Part shown: in pieces, positions 31,943-41,237 of the stretch
Position numbering within the stretch: position 1 is the first letter of the stretch
Layout of the letters: each line of letters opens with the position of its first letter
NCBI GenBank assembly: GCA_964457905.1
Contig: CAYWGA010000002.1
Span: forward strand, 3,475-67,474
Source of the DNA: an uncultured bacterium
GTDB lineage: Bacteria > Krumholzibacteriota > Krumholzibacteriia > Krumholzibacteriales > Krumholzibacteriaceae
Reading direction: 5' to 3'
DNA length: 64,000 nt
Notes under the pieces: model-generated
The model's database searches: none
What the model was told of the DNA's origin: nothing
The model's input: the letters and a program-made list of their open reading frames with translations, nothing else
Program-made: the position numbers and the translations under genes

Positions 31943-31958
31943 TGGCACACAGATTGCC
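31943..31958 (+). promoter_or_regulatory. Sigma-54 promoter (TGGCAC-ACAGA-TTGC) divergent from the activator, reading toward 32013..32606
   Basis: Exact -24/-12 consensus with 5-nt spacer, 55 nt upstream of the ATG at 32013. Confidence 0.6.
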
Positions 31959-32012
31959 ATATAGTTTTTTGAATTGTTATGAATAACTGAGACAGGATTT
32001 CAGGAACGGGCC

Positions 32013-32606
32013 ATGACTTACGACAGGATCTACAGACATGCCGAGTGCCTCCGGACAGAGATGGAGCAATTCGCACATGAACTTGACAGGATAGTGCTGT
32101 CGAGCGGACACGGTGAAGATCCGGCCATCTTTATCGAACGGCATATGTCCACGGAACTCGATTACGACCTTGTCTATCAGGACGCAGCAGGGAACATCAT
32201 CGGCATCCAGGTCGGGGCCGAGGATGGATCTTCCGTCATGCTGAGATCGCACACCGGCGCTGTCGGGATCACTTCCCATATCTACGCGGGGCACATCCTG
32301 GGCGGAACGGGCATCCTGCCGCGAGGAACAGTCGTCGTCGCCTGTTCCTGTCACGAGGGATCACTTATCGAGAAAGGGACAAGGTTCCTGGTTGAGGAAT
32401 CGCTGCCGAGGCTCGGCATCACTGTGGATGCAGCAATACTTGCCGAACAGTCACCTGCCCTCGCCTCCAATATACCTGTAATCGGGAGAGGTCCGGAGCA
32501 TGATAAACAGACAGCCGCTCTCGCAGTCGCGTTGAAACCACAGGGCCTGGTGGAGTCGACATCCAGCACAGCGGCGCTTGCGTATAGATACCTGCTGACC
32601 AGATGA
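32013..32606 (+). CDS. M20-peptidase-like N-terminal fragment (possibly degenerate or truncated)
   Basis: AAGNIIGIQVGAEDGSSVMLRSHTGAVGI aligns with the M20 motif GN-I-...G...L-L-GH-D-V, but the metal-binding Asp is Gly. Only 197 aa versus ~380-400 expected. Confidence 0.35.
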   Translation: MTYDRIYRHAECLRTEMEQFAHELDRIVLSSGHGEDPAIFIERHMSTELDYDLVYQDAAGNIIGIQVGAEDGSSVMLRSHTGAVGITSHIYAGHILGGTGILPRGTVVVACSCHEGSLIEKGTRFLVEESLPRLGITVDAAILAEQSPALASNIPVIGRGPEHDKQTAALAVALKPQGLVESTSSTAALAYRYLLTR

Positions 32607-32855
32607 CATGGGCGGGAAATAATCATTACCGTGATGATACAGCCTATAATAAATGTGAATACTTGAACCCCGTTTTTAAAGACTTCCCTCTTTTTTCAAC
32701 TGAACAAATCCCTTAGTCCTTTGATTATACGATATTTCATCTGAAATTCGCGAGGAAGCCATGGTATTTTTTACTACTAATTTCAGGCGACCCTGTTTAT
32801 TGTTCACCATAGACAGTAGTACTGAGTGATATATCAAGGCTCTGGAGGTCAGATA

Positions 32856-32945
32856 ATGGGAAAAGAAAAAAGCACCAAGAAAGAGACCAAGAAGAAGGCC
32901 ACAAAAAGCCTGAAGGAAAAAAGAAAAGAGAAGAAAGAAAAGTAG
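32856..32945 (+). CDS. Candidate 29-aa lysine-rich micro-protein MGKEKSTKKETKKKATKSLKEKRKEKKEK
   Basis: ATG preceded by GGAGG at -10. 17 of 29 residues are Lys/Arg. Lies in a 354-bp AT-rich convergent intergenic region. Too short for the ORF track. Confidence 0.3.
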   Translation: MGKEKSTKKETKKKATKSLKEKRKEKKEK

Positions 32946-32960
32946 CGGGTACCCGGACGT

Positions 32961-34814
32961 CTACATGGGAACCTGACCATTGCTGGCCAGCGCGTCGGGC
33001 TTGAGGGTCCTTCTGGTCATAGCGGACAGGATAGTCTTCTTCAGTCTGATCGATTTCGGCGTTATCTCCACCATCTCATCGTCGCGGATGAAGTTGATAG
33101 CCGCCTCGATTGTCATAGGTTTGACAGGCGTAAGGACTACGGCGGCATCCTTCCCGGAAGCTCTCATATTCGACAGCTTCTTTTCTTTCGAATGGTTGAC
33201 GTTGAGATCACCGTCCCTGTTACACTCTCCGACGATCATCCCCTCGTATCCCGGGTCCCCTGGCTTGACGAACAGCCGGCCGCGCGCCTCGAGATTGAAT
33301 AGCGCGTAAGCTACTGCCTTGCCTGTCCTGTCCGCGACCATCGAACCGGTCTTCCGGGTAGTGAAATCACCCCTGTACTTCTCGAACCCGGCGAAATACG
33401 AATTCATCACACCGGTACCCTTCGTATCGGTGAGAAATTCGTCCCGGTATCCGATGAGCGCCCTTGATGGGGCGGAGAACTCGACCCTGGCCCTGCCGCT
33501 GTCATCGTGGATGATGTCGGTCATTCGGGCCTTACGCCGCGCAAGCTTCTCGGTGACGACACCGAGGAACTCCTCCTCGCAGTCGACGAAGAGACGCTCT
33601 ATCGGCTCGAGTTTTTTGCCGTCTTTAAACCTGTATATGACATGAGGGCGGCCGACGCAGAACTCGAAGCCTTCCCTTCTCATCGTCTCGATCAGGATGG
33701 CCATCTGGAACTCTCCGCGGCCCTTCACGATAAAGCTGTCACCCTCTGCGCTATCCTCCATCTGGATCGCGACGTTCATCAGGGTCTCCTTGAAGAGACG
33801 CTCGCGGATCTTGGTGGACTGGACGAAACGTCCTTCCTGGCCGCTGAACGGGGAGTTGTTTATCGCAAACCGCATCGAGATGGTAGGCTCATCGATGGTG
33901 ATACGTGGCAGCGCCTTCGGCTGCTCCCTCGTACAGATCGTATCGCCTATCTCGACGTTATCGATTCCGGCGAGGACGGCTATATCGCCCGCTTCGGCCG
34001 ATTCGGCCGGTTTGTACGTCATACCCTCGTATTTCTGGAGCTTCGTTACCTTCAGCGGAACCTGCTCACCTTTTTCATTTATACAGACGAGAAGCTTGTT
34101 CGAGCTGACCGTGCCGTTGATGATCCTGCCCACAGCGAGGCGACCGAGGAAATCCGAATATCCGAGATCAGAGACGAGCATCTGGAACGGCTCCTCAGGA
34201 TCAAATACCGGTGCCGGAATCTCTTCGAGGATCGTATCGAGCAGCTGGTGAATATTGTCGGTCTTTTCCTCGAGTGTCCTCTTGGCGATCCCGTCGCGGC
34301 CTATCGCGTACAGGACGGGAAAATCGATCTGTTTGTCCCCGGCGCCGAGGTCTATGAAAAGGTCGTAAATATCATTGAGTACCTGGCTGATCTGGGCGTC
34401 TTTGCGGTCGATCTTGTTTACAACAACGATGACCTTTAGCCCTGCCTCAAGTGTCTTTTTCAGGACGAAGCGTGTCTGAGGAAGGGGGCCCTCGGAAGCG
34501 TCTACAAGAAGGATGGCGCCGTCGGCCATCGACAGGGCCCTCTCCACCTCGGCTCCGAAGTCGGAGTGCCCGGGTGTGTCGATGATATTGATCTTCACGC
34601 CGTGCCAGGAGACCGAGCAGTTCTTGGCGGCGATAGTGATCCCGCGCTCCCGCTCGAGGTCCATAGTGTCCATCAGACGTTCATCCACGACCTGCCCCTT
34701 GCGGAGCAGCCCACTCTGCCTGAACATCGCGTCGACGAGCGTAGTCTTGCCATGATCAACGTGGGCGATTATGGCGATATTCCTGATATCCTTGTTTTCA
34801 ACACTTCTGCTCAT
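32961..34814 (-). CDS. typA: Translational GTPase TypA/BipA
   Basis: AIIAHVDHGKTTLVD, DTPGH, NKID G-motifs and EF-G-like domain order. Start trimmed to MSRSVENKD, which has a GGAG RBS. Confidence 0.9.
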   Translation of the reverse strand: MSRSVENKDIRNIAIIAHVDHGKTTLVDAMFRQSGLLRKGQVVDERLMDTMDLERERGITIAAKNCSVSWHGVKINIIDTPGHSDFGAEVERALSMADGAILLVDASEGPLPQTRFVLKKTLEAGLKVIVVVNKIDRKDAQISQVLNDIYDLFIDLGAGDKQIDFPVLYAIGRDGIAKRTLEEKTDNIHQLLDTILEEIPAPVFDPEEPFQMLVSDLGYSDFLGRLAVGRIINGTVSSNKLLVCINEKGEQVPLKVTKLQKYEGMTYKPAESAEAGDIAVLAGIDNVEIGDTICTREQPKALPRITIDEPTISMRFAINNSPFSGQEGRFVQSTKIRERLFKETLMNVAIQMEDSAEGDSFIVKGRGEFQMAILIETMRREGFEFCVGRPHVIYRFKDGKKLEPIERLFVDCEEEFLGVVTEKLARRKARMTDIIHDDSGRARVEFSAPSRALIGYRDEFLTDTKGTGVMNSYFAGFEKYRGDFTTRKTGSMVADRTGKAVAYALFNLEARGRLFVKPGDPGYEGMIVGECNRDGDLNVNHSKEKKLSNMRASGKDAAVVLTPVKPMTIEAAINFIRDDEMVEITPKSIRLKKTILSAMTRRTLKPDALASNGQVPM

Positions 34815-35082
34815 AACAGCTCCGTATATTGACAGCTCCCTGGCAGGCTGTGCCTGGCGAATGGTCGGTCCATGTACCGGGGAGCGCACTGGCCTGAGGG
34901 CCAAGCATGCCAAAAGATAGGTGTTCAGGAGCGATTGTCAACCGATAATGGCAGGAGATGCAAACGACTATTTCCACCGGTATTTTCTTGAATCCGTACT
35001 CATCCCGTCATACTGTCTGTGCAGGGGTTCGTTATCGAGCTGCCTGTTGCTGAGGATTCTGATCTAATGAGGAGGGGTAATC

Positions 35083-36144
35083 ATGAGATTTCGGTCCAGG
35101 GGCGTGGTTTCCGCCATTTTCCTGATGGCCGCCGCATTTCTCGCCATCAATGCGCAATACGTTCGTGCAAGCGGGGTCCTGATCCTGGGTCCCAGTACGC
35201 GGGCTTACGGGATGGGCCTTTCCGGCACTGCCGACGTCTCGGATCCATCCAACGCCTTTTACAACCCGGCTAATATCTCTTTTATCAACGGCGCCTACCT
35301 GACGGGGTTCTACAGCAAGCTTGTCCCGGACCTTGCCGATGACGTCTACACCGGGAACCTCGCAGTTGCCGGCGGCACCAGGTTTCGACTTGGAGAGTCT
35401 TACGAGTTAGGGCTGGGAGGCTGCCTGCGGTACCAGAAGCTCGATTATGGAGAATGGGGAACCTTTTCCGGGGGCACGGCGTCATCCTCAGAATATGTCA
35501 TCAGCTTTTCACTGGCAGGCGGCATCAAGATCAATAAGATCTTCAACCTGGGGATCGGACTCTCTGTCAAACCTGTGAAACTCGATCTTGCACCTGCCTG
35601 GAGCACGCCAGATGGCGAATCGCGCGAATCCGATGGAACCGCGTCAGATTTCGGCATATTGCTCGGGGCAGAGCTGCCGATAGGCGAGGAATTTACATTT
35701 TCAGGGAACATCGGCCTCAGCTACCTGAATATGGGCAGCGACTTCGAATTTCAGAACTGGTTCGGGACCATCTCGATGCCGTCAGCAACGCGCTACGGGA
35801 TCGGTATAAGACTCGAGTCACAGCCGCTTACCGGCAACGAGAAGTTCGGGCCGCTTTTCACGCTGGCCTTTAATGTCGATAAGCTGGACCACACTTCCGA
35901 GGCCGATAAAGGGAAATCCGATGAAAGCAGTTACGGAGCGGAGATCGGATTTCTAAGGATGCTGTTCCTCCGTATCGGACGTTGGAAGTACGAATCGGGG
36001 AATATCGATGACAAGACGTTTGGCGTGGGACTGGGAGTCGAGCTTGAGAGTTTCCTCATAAGGCTTGATTGGGCCAGAGTGCCGCAGGCATCGAATCTGG
36101 ACAACGTCAACAAGTTCGGGCTGATCACCGGGATATCCTTCTGA
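35083..36144 (+). CDS. Putative outer-membrane beta-barrel protein
   Basis: Signal peptide. Alternating hydrophobic strands. C-terminal ...GLITGISF with terminal Phe. GAGGAGGGG RBS. Confidence 0.5.
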   Translation: MRFRSRGVVSAIFLMAAAFLAINAQYVRASGVLILGPSTRAYGMGLSGTADVSDPSNAFYNPANISFINGAYLTGFYSKLVPDLADDVYTGNLAVAGGTRFRLGESYELGLGGCLRYQKLDYGEWGTFSGGTASSSEYVISFSLAGGIKINKIFNLGIGLSVKPVKLDLAPAWSTPDGESRESDGTASDFGILLGAELPIGEEFTFSGNIGLSYLNMGSDFEFQNWFGTISMPSATRYGIGIRLESQPLTGNEKFGPLFTLAFNVDKLDHTSEADKGKSDESSYGAEIGFLRMLFLRIGRWKYESGNIDDKTFGVGLGVELESFLIRLDWARVPQASNLDNVNKFGLITGISF

Positions 36145-36152
36145 GCGAGACG

Positions 36153-36749
36153 ATGAAAAAGAACGAGAATAACGAAAAGATGCTGCAGTTCGACAGAGGC
36201 GTTGAGCAGGGTATGACAGAGCGCGACGACGGCTCCAAAGAGATAAATCCCGGAGAATTCAAGGTTTTCCTCGCTGACGGCAGAATTGCATGCCTGTGGG
36301 GCACAAACAGGGCAACAGCTGTTGAATACAAGAGGGTTTCCGACAAGGGCTTCACTGAAACAGAGATAAGGCGAATCCTCAATAATGGTCCCTTTTCAAA
36401 CGACTCCCGGGCAGACTGCGAGAGAATAATATCCGCGCTGCGCTGGACTGAACACATGATGGTGGATGATCTGAAATACTTCCTGAAACTGCTGCGGGAA
36501 TCGATAATCACCGGGAAAAATATTCCCTTCCCCCCGAAATCGGCGGACGAACTTCTCGAAATCATTCACACGGCATATAACGTTTTCAGACTGCCCATGA
36601 ACCTGGAGATCGCCGAAATGTCAAAGCGCCTGAAACTAACCGGGGACAAAGATGCGGATTCAGCCAAGATCTCATCTTTCCTGGACATTATCGAGGCGGG
36701 AAAAATCAGGAAATTCCCGAAAAATGATCATGAAAAGAATTCGAACTGA
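36153..36749 (+). CDS. Hypothetical protein (198 aa)
   Basis: ORF trimmed to the first ATG after the preceding stop. No recognisable motifs. Confidence 0.35.
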   Translation: MKKNENNEKMLQFDRGVEQGMTERDDGSKEINPGEFKVFLADGRIACLWGTNRATAVEYKRVSDKGFTETEIRRILNNGPFSNDSRADCERIISALRWTEHMMVDDLKYFLKLLRESIITGKNIPFPPKSADELLEIIHTAYNVFRLPMNLEIAEMSKRLKLTGDKDADSAKISSFLDIIEAGKIRKFPKNDHEKNSN

Positions 36750-36939
36750 CGATCTTGGCTGATTATCATGACTTCTCCCCCACCACACATGAGGATATTC
36801 CTCACATAAATCCCCTCATGTCTCCGCAACTCTCAACTTTTCAACATCATACACTTCGTTGTTTCATGCAACTTTTGTCATTTATCCCCGTATATCTGGT
36901 ATAGACAACGCAATTCAATAACCAGGGAGAGAGATCGAA

Positions 36940-38010
36940 ATGAAAAACGGAAGAAAGCTCCTGCCGGCGATTATCGCATTGGCCATCCTGGCGATCGCGT
37001 CGTACGGCTGCGGCGGCGATTCGCAGTCGAAGGAGAATGGCGAAGAAGACAAGGATCCTGTAGTTCCCGTAGAGGTAGGCGCGGTCAAGACCGGCGACAT
37101 CTCTGCCTATTTCACCGGCACAGCTAACATCGAGGCCGAAGAGGAGACCGGAGTAGTCGCCAAGGTGAGCGGTGTAGTCGAAGAGCTCTACGTTGAAGAG
37201 GGCGATTTCGTCAAGGCGGGGGCTGTCCTCGCGAAACTCGACGACGAGATGATCGGTGTACAGCTCGAGCAGGCAAAGGCCGACATGAGAAATCAGGAGA
37301 ACAACTACAAGCGTAACCAGGACCTCCACGAGAAACAGCTCGTCAGCACAGAGGTCTTCCAGCAGGTCAAGTTCGAGTACGAGCGTCAGAAGGCTGCATA
37401 CGACCTCGCCGCGCTGAGCCTCAAGTACACATCGATCAAGACTCCGATCAGCGGCGTCGTTTCCGAGAGGAATGTCAAGGTCGGCAACATGGTCCTGCAG
37501 AACCAGGATATATTCAGGGTCAGCGGGCTCGATCCGATTATCGCGATCCTGTACGTTCCCGAGAGGCAGCTCGAGAGGATGAAGGCAGGACAGAGATCGG
37601 TCCTTCATATAGACGCCCTTGGCGGCACGGACTTCGAAGGCTACATCAAACGTATAAGTCCCATCGTCGACTCAGGAACCGGCACCGTAAAGGTCACAAT
37701 CGAAGTCAATGACCCGACAGGCCGGGTCAGGCCGGGCATGTTCGCCCGGGTCAAGATCGTATACAATGTCCATGAGGGCACGACACTGGCCCCGAAGGAC
37801 GGGATAATGGATGAAGACCGTGAATCGACGGTCTTCGTCGTCCAGGACAGCACCGTTTACAAACGAACTGTTGTCCTCGGCTACACCAACACGACCCATG
37901 TCGAGATCCTCGAAGGGCTCATGCCTGGCGACACAATCGTCACCACGGGCAAGGGCAGCCTGAAGGACAGCACAAAGGTCGAGATCGTCAGGTCGGGCGG
38001 CGATAAATGA
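36940..38010 (+). CDS. RND efflux periplasmic adaptor (membrane fusion protein) lipoprotein
   Basis: Lipobox ASYGCGG. Biotinyl-lipoyl-like hairpin and beta-barrel MFP segments (VKVGNMVLQNQDIFRV...). GGGAGAGAG RBS. Confidence 0.8.
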   Translation: MKNGRKLLPAIIALAILAIASYGCGGDSQSKENGEEDKDPVVPVEVGAVKTGDISAYFTGTANIEAEEETGVVAKVSGVVEELYVEEGDFVKAGAVLAKLDDEMIGVQLEQAKADMRNQENNYKRNQDLHEKQLVSTEVFQQVKFEYERQKAAYDLAALSLKYTSIKTPISGVVSERNVKVGNMVLQNQDIFRVSGLDPIIAILYVPERQLERMKAGQRSVLHIDALGGTDFEGYIKRISPIVDSGTGTVKVTIEVNDPTGRVRPGMFARVKIVYNVHEGTTLAPKDGIMDEDRESTVFVVQDSTVYKRTVVLGYTNTTHVEILEGLMPGDTIVTTGKGSLKDSTKVEIVRSGGDK

Positions 38011-41000
38011 AGATAATCGAGATCTCCATCCGGCGGCGCGTGACGATAGCGATGTTCACGCTGGCAGTAATACTATTCGGGGCGGTCTCTTTCTTCCGGC
38101 TCAAGATCAACCTTCTCCCCGAGCTCACATATCCGACACTGACGGTGCGCACCGAATACGCCGGTGCCGCTCCCGCAGAGATAGAAAATGTCATATCGAA
38201 ACCGATCGAGGAAGTACTCGGCGTCGTCAAGAACGTCAACCGGGTAAGCTCGATCTCACGCTCGGGACAGTCCGACGTCATTCTCGAATTCGCATGGGGA
38301 ACGGACATGGACTACGCAGGCCTCGACGTACGAGAGAAACTCGACGTACTGCAGCTGCCCCTTGAGGTCGAACGGCCTACACTCCTGCGATTCGATCCCT
38401 CGCTGGATCCGGTACTGCGTTTCGGCTTCTATAAGGAAAAAACTGCCGATGCGGACAGCGCCGGTGTGGACGATGACTGGTTCGACGAAGAGGAACTGAA
38501 GTTCCTCCGCCGGTTTGCCGAGGAAGAGATAAAAAAGGAGCTCGAGTCTTCACTCGGAGTCGCTGCTGTAAAGGTAAGCGGCGGCCTCGAGGATGAGATC
38601 CAGATATTCATAGATCAGCAGCTCACCGCCCAGCTCGACCTGCCTATCAGCACCCTGGCCGCGCAGATAGGCGCGGAGAACGTCAACCTGTCTGGCGGCA
38701 GGCTCGAGGAAGGCACGCAGCAGTACCTCGTCAGGACGCTTAACGAGTTCGAATCGATCGAGGAGATCGGAGATGTGGTCGTATCCACGAAGGACGGCAA
38801 GCCGATATACCTCCGTGATATCGCCACAGTAAGGCATGGATACAAGGAACGGGAAGCGATTACGAGGCTCAACGGACGCGAGGCTGTCGAGATCGCTATA
38901 TACAAGGAAGGCGACGCCAATACGGTCGCTGTGGCCCGCGATGTCGAGAAACATCTCTCACGCGCGAAAAGGGTTCTCCCGGAAGGATACCGGCTGGTCA
39001 AGGTCTACGACCAGTCGACCTTTATCAGGCAGGCGATAAACGAGGTCATCACGGCAGCCGTTATCGGTGGAATCCTCGCGATTATCATCCTCTACCTCTT
39101 CCTTCAGAATTTCTGGGCAACGGTCATCATATCACTTTCGATACCGGTATCCGTCATCGCGACCTTCAACATGATGTACGGCGCCGACCTTTCCCTCAAC
39201 ATAATGTCTCTGGGAGGAATAGCGCTCGGAATCGGGATGCTCCTGGATAACTCGATCGTCGTACTGGAAAACATATCCCGGCACCGGGCGATGGGGAAGA
39301 ATATCTCCGATTCCGCCAGGGATGGAGCGAGCGAGGTCGGGAAAGCAGTGACAGCTTCTACACTGACCACTGTCGCGGTCTTCCTGCCTCTCGTATTCGT
39401 ATCGGGGATCTCCGGGCAGCTCTTCAGGGACCAGGCCCTTACCGTCACCTTCGCGCTGATTGCGTCTCTCATTGTAGCGCTGACACTGATTCCGATGCTG
39501 GCCTCCCTGCAGGCCAACAAAGTGCCGCCTCCCCCTCCCACTCCGAAAAAGGAGCCGAAGAGGCGTGTCGGCCGATGGTTCACGACTGTCGGAAGATTCA
39601 TATTCAGTACTGTTCCTGTCTTTTTCACTAAAATCATCCTGGGAATCTGCAGTGGGCTTTCAAGGATCTTTTCATTCCTGCTGAGGCCTCTGCTGAAGCT
39701 TTTCACAAGGGTATACGACACCGTCGCCGGATGGTATGACGGCATGCTCGCCTGGTCCCTGGATCACAGGGGCAGGATCATATTTATAGCGTTTGTCATG
39801 TTCGCCGGCACGATGCTGATGGCCACCAACCTCGGCGTTGAGTTGATACCGCAGCTTTCGCAGGGAGAGTTCCGCGTCGAGTTCCGCCTCTCTCCCGGCA
39901 CACCTCTCGAAGTGACAGACAGAGCTATCAGAAGCGTTCAGGAATCGACGACCGATATCGCCGGGATCAGCACCGTCTTCGCTGTAGCCGGAACAGGCAA
40001 CAGGATGGACGCCAATCCCGAACAGGGCGGCGAAAACTGGGGCGAACTCAACGTGGTCCTCCAGCCAGGTTCAGAACGGGACGATGAAGAGCGGGTCATG
40101 GCGCAGATGCGCGGCGACCTGCATCGGGTCCCCGACCTTCAGTACAAGTTCTCGAGGCCGACGCTCTTCACCTTCAAGACACCGGTCGAGATCGAGATCG
40201 CCGGATACGACCTGCGCAGCCTCAAGAAGGTCAGCAACGATATCACTGCGAAGCTCGACTCCAATCCGCGTTTCGCTGACGTAAAATCAACGATGAAAGC
40301 GGGACATCCCGAGATACAGATAAGATTCGACAGGGAAAAAGCCGCGGCGCTCGGATTCCAGGTATACGAGGTCGCGGACCGGGTCGTCAGCAAGGTCCGG
40401 GGTGATGTGGCATCCCGCTACTCGTGGCGCGACCGGAAGATCGACATCCTCGTCCGTGCCAAGGAATCGGACAGGAACTCGGTGGACAAGATAAGAAAAT
40501 TGATAATCAATCCGGAGAGTGAGCATCCCGTCACCCTTGAAGCGGTCGCGGACATCACGCTCGACACCGGTCCCGGAGAGATCAGAAGAATCGACCAGGA
40601 AAGGGTCGCCCTGGTCACGGCCAACCTCAACTACGGCGATCTCGGCACCGCCGCCGAAGAGATCAACGGGATGATCCGGGGCATACCGATGCCCGGCGGA
40701 CTCGCGGTAACTGTAGCCGGGCAGAACCAGGAGATGACGAAATCCTTCAAGTCTCTCCAGTTCGCCCTCCTGCTGGCGGTCTTTCTCGTCTACCTGGTGA
40801 TGGCCTCACAGTTCGAGTCGTTCCTTCATCCCTTCGTTATCCTGTTTTCGATCCCGCTGGCACTGATCGGCGCGGTATGGGCATTGTTCCTGACCGGTTC
40901 GACGATAAGCGTGGTCGTATTCATCGGCCTGATACTTCTGGCGGGAATCGTAGTCAACAACGCGATCGTGCTGATCGACCTTATCAATCAGCTGCGAGAT

Positions 41001-41237
41001 GGCGGAATGGACAGACGGTCGGCTATCCTGGAAGGCGGCAAGTCAAGGCTGCGACCGATCCTCATGACGACTCTTACGACCACTCTGGGCCTCCTACCCC
41101 TGGCCCTCGGAGTCGGAGAAGGCGCTGAAGTGAGGGCGCCCATGGCCATCACAGTCATCGGGGGACTGACCGTATCGACTCTGCTTACGCTCATCGTAAT
41201 ACCTGTCGTATATGACCTGTTCGACAGGAGAAGATAG
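38007..41237 (+). CDS. RND multidrug efflux pump, inner-membrane subunit (AcrB/HAE1 family)
   Basis: 1076 aa, 12-TM plus two large periplasmic loops. Conserved TM4 motif ALGIGMLLDNSIVVLENI and C-terminal AxxGxxRLRPILMTTLTT. Start overlaps the MFP stop. Confidence 0.9.
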   Translation: MKIIEISIRRRVTIAMFTLAVILFGAVSFFRLKINLLPELTYPTLTVRTEYAGAAPAEIENVISKPIEEVLGVVKNVNRVSSISRSGQSDVILEFAWGTDMDYAGLDVREKLDVLQLPLEVERPTLLRFDPSLDPVLRFGFYKEKTADADSAGVDDDWFDEEELKFLRRFAEEEIKKELESSLGVAAVKVSGGLEDEIQIFIDQQLTAQLDLPISTLAAQIGAENVNLSGGRLEEGTQQYLVRTLNEFESIEEIGDVVVSTKDGKPIYLRDIATVRHGYKEREAITRLNGREAVEIAIYKEGDANTVAVARDVEKHLSRAKRVLPEGYRLVKVYDQSTFIRQAINEVITAAVIGGILAIIILYLFLQNFWATVIISLSIPVSVIATFNMMYGADLSLNIMSLGGIALGIGMLLDNSIVVLENISRHRAMGKNISDSARDGASEVGKAVTASTLTTVAVFLPLVFVSGISGQLFRDQALTVTFALIASLIVALTLIPMLASLQANKVPPPPPTPKKEPKRRVGRWFTTVGRFIFSTVPVFFTKIILGICSGLSRIFSFLLRPLLKLFTRVYDTVAGWYDGMLAWSLDHRGRIIFIAFVMFAGTMLMATNLGVELIPQLSQGEFRVEFRLSPGTPLEVTDRAIRSVQESTTDIAGISTVFAVAGTGNRMDANPEQGGENWGELNVVLQPGSERDDEERVMAQMRGDLHRVPDLQYKFSRPTLFTFKTPVEIEIAGYDLRSLKKVSNDITAKLDSNPRFADVKSTMKAGHPEIQIRFDREKAAALGFQVYEVADRVVSKVRGDVASRYSWRDRKIDILVRAKESDRNSVDKIRKLIINPESEHPVTLEAVADITLDTGPGEIRRIDQERVALVTANLNYGDLGTAAEEINGMIRGIPMPGGLAVTVAGQNQEMTKSFKSLQFALLLAVFLVYLVMASQFESFLHPFVILFSIPLALIGAVWALFLTGSTISVVVFIGLILLAGIVVNNAIVLIDLINQLRDGGMDRRSAILEGGKSRLRPILMTTLTTTLGLLPLALGVGEGAEVRAPMAITVIGGLTVSTLLTLIVIPVVYDLFDRRR

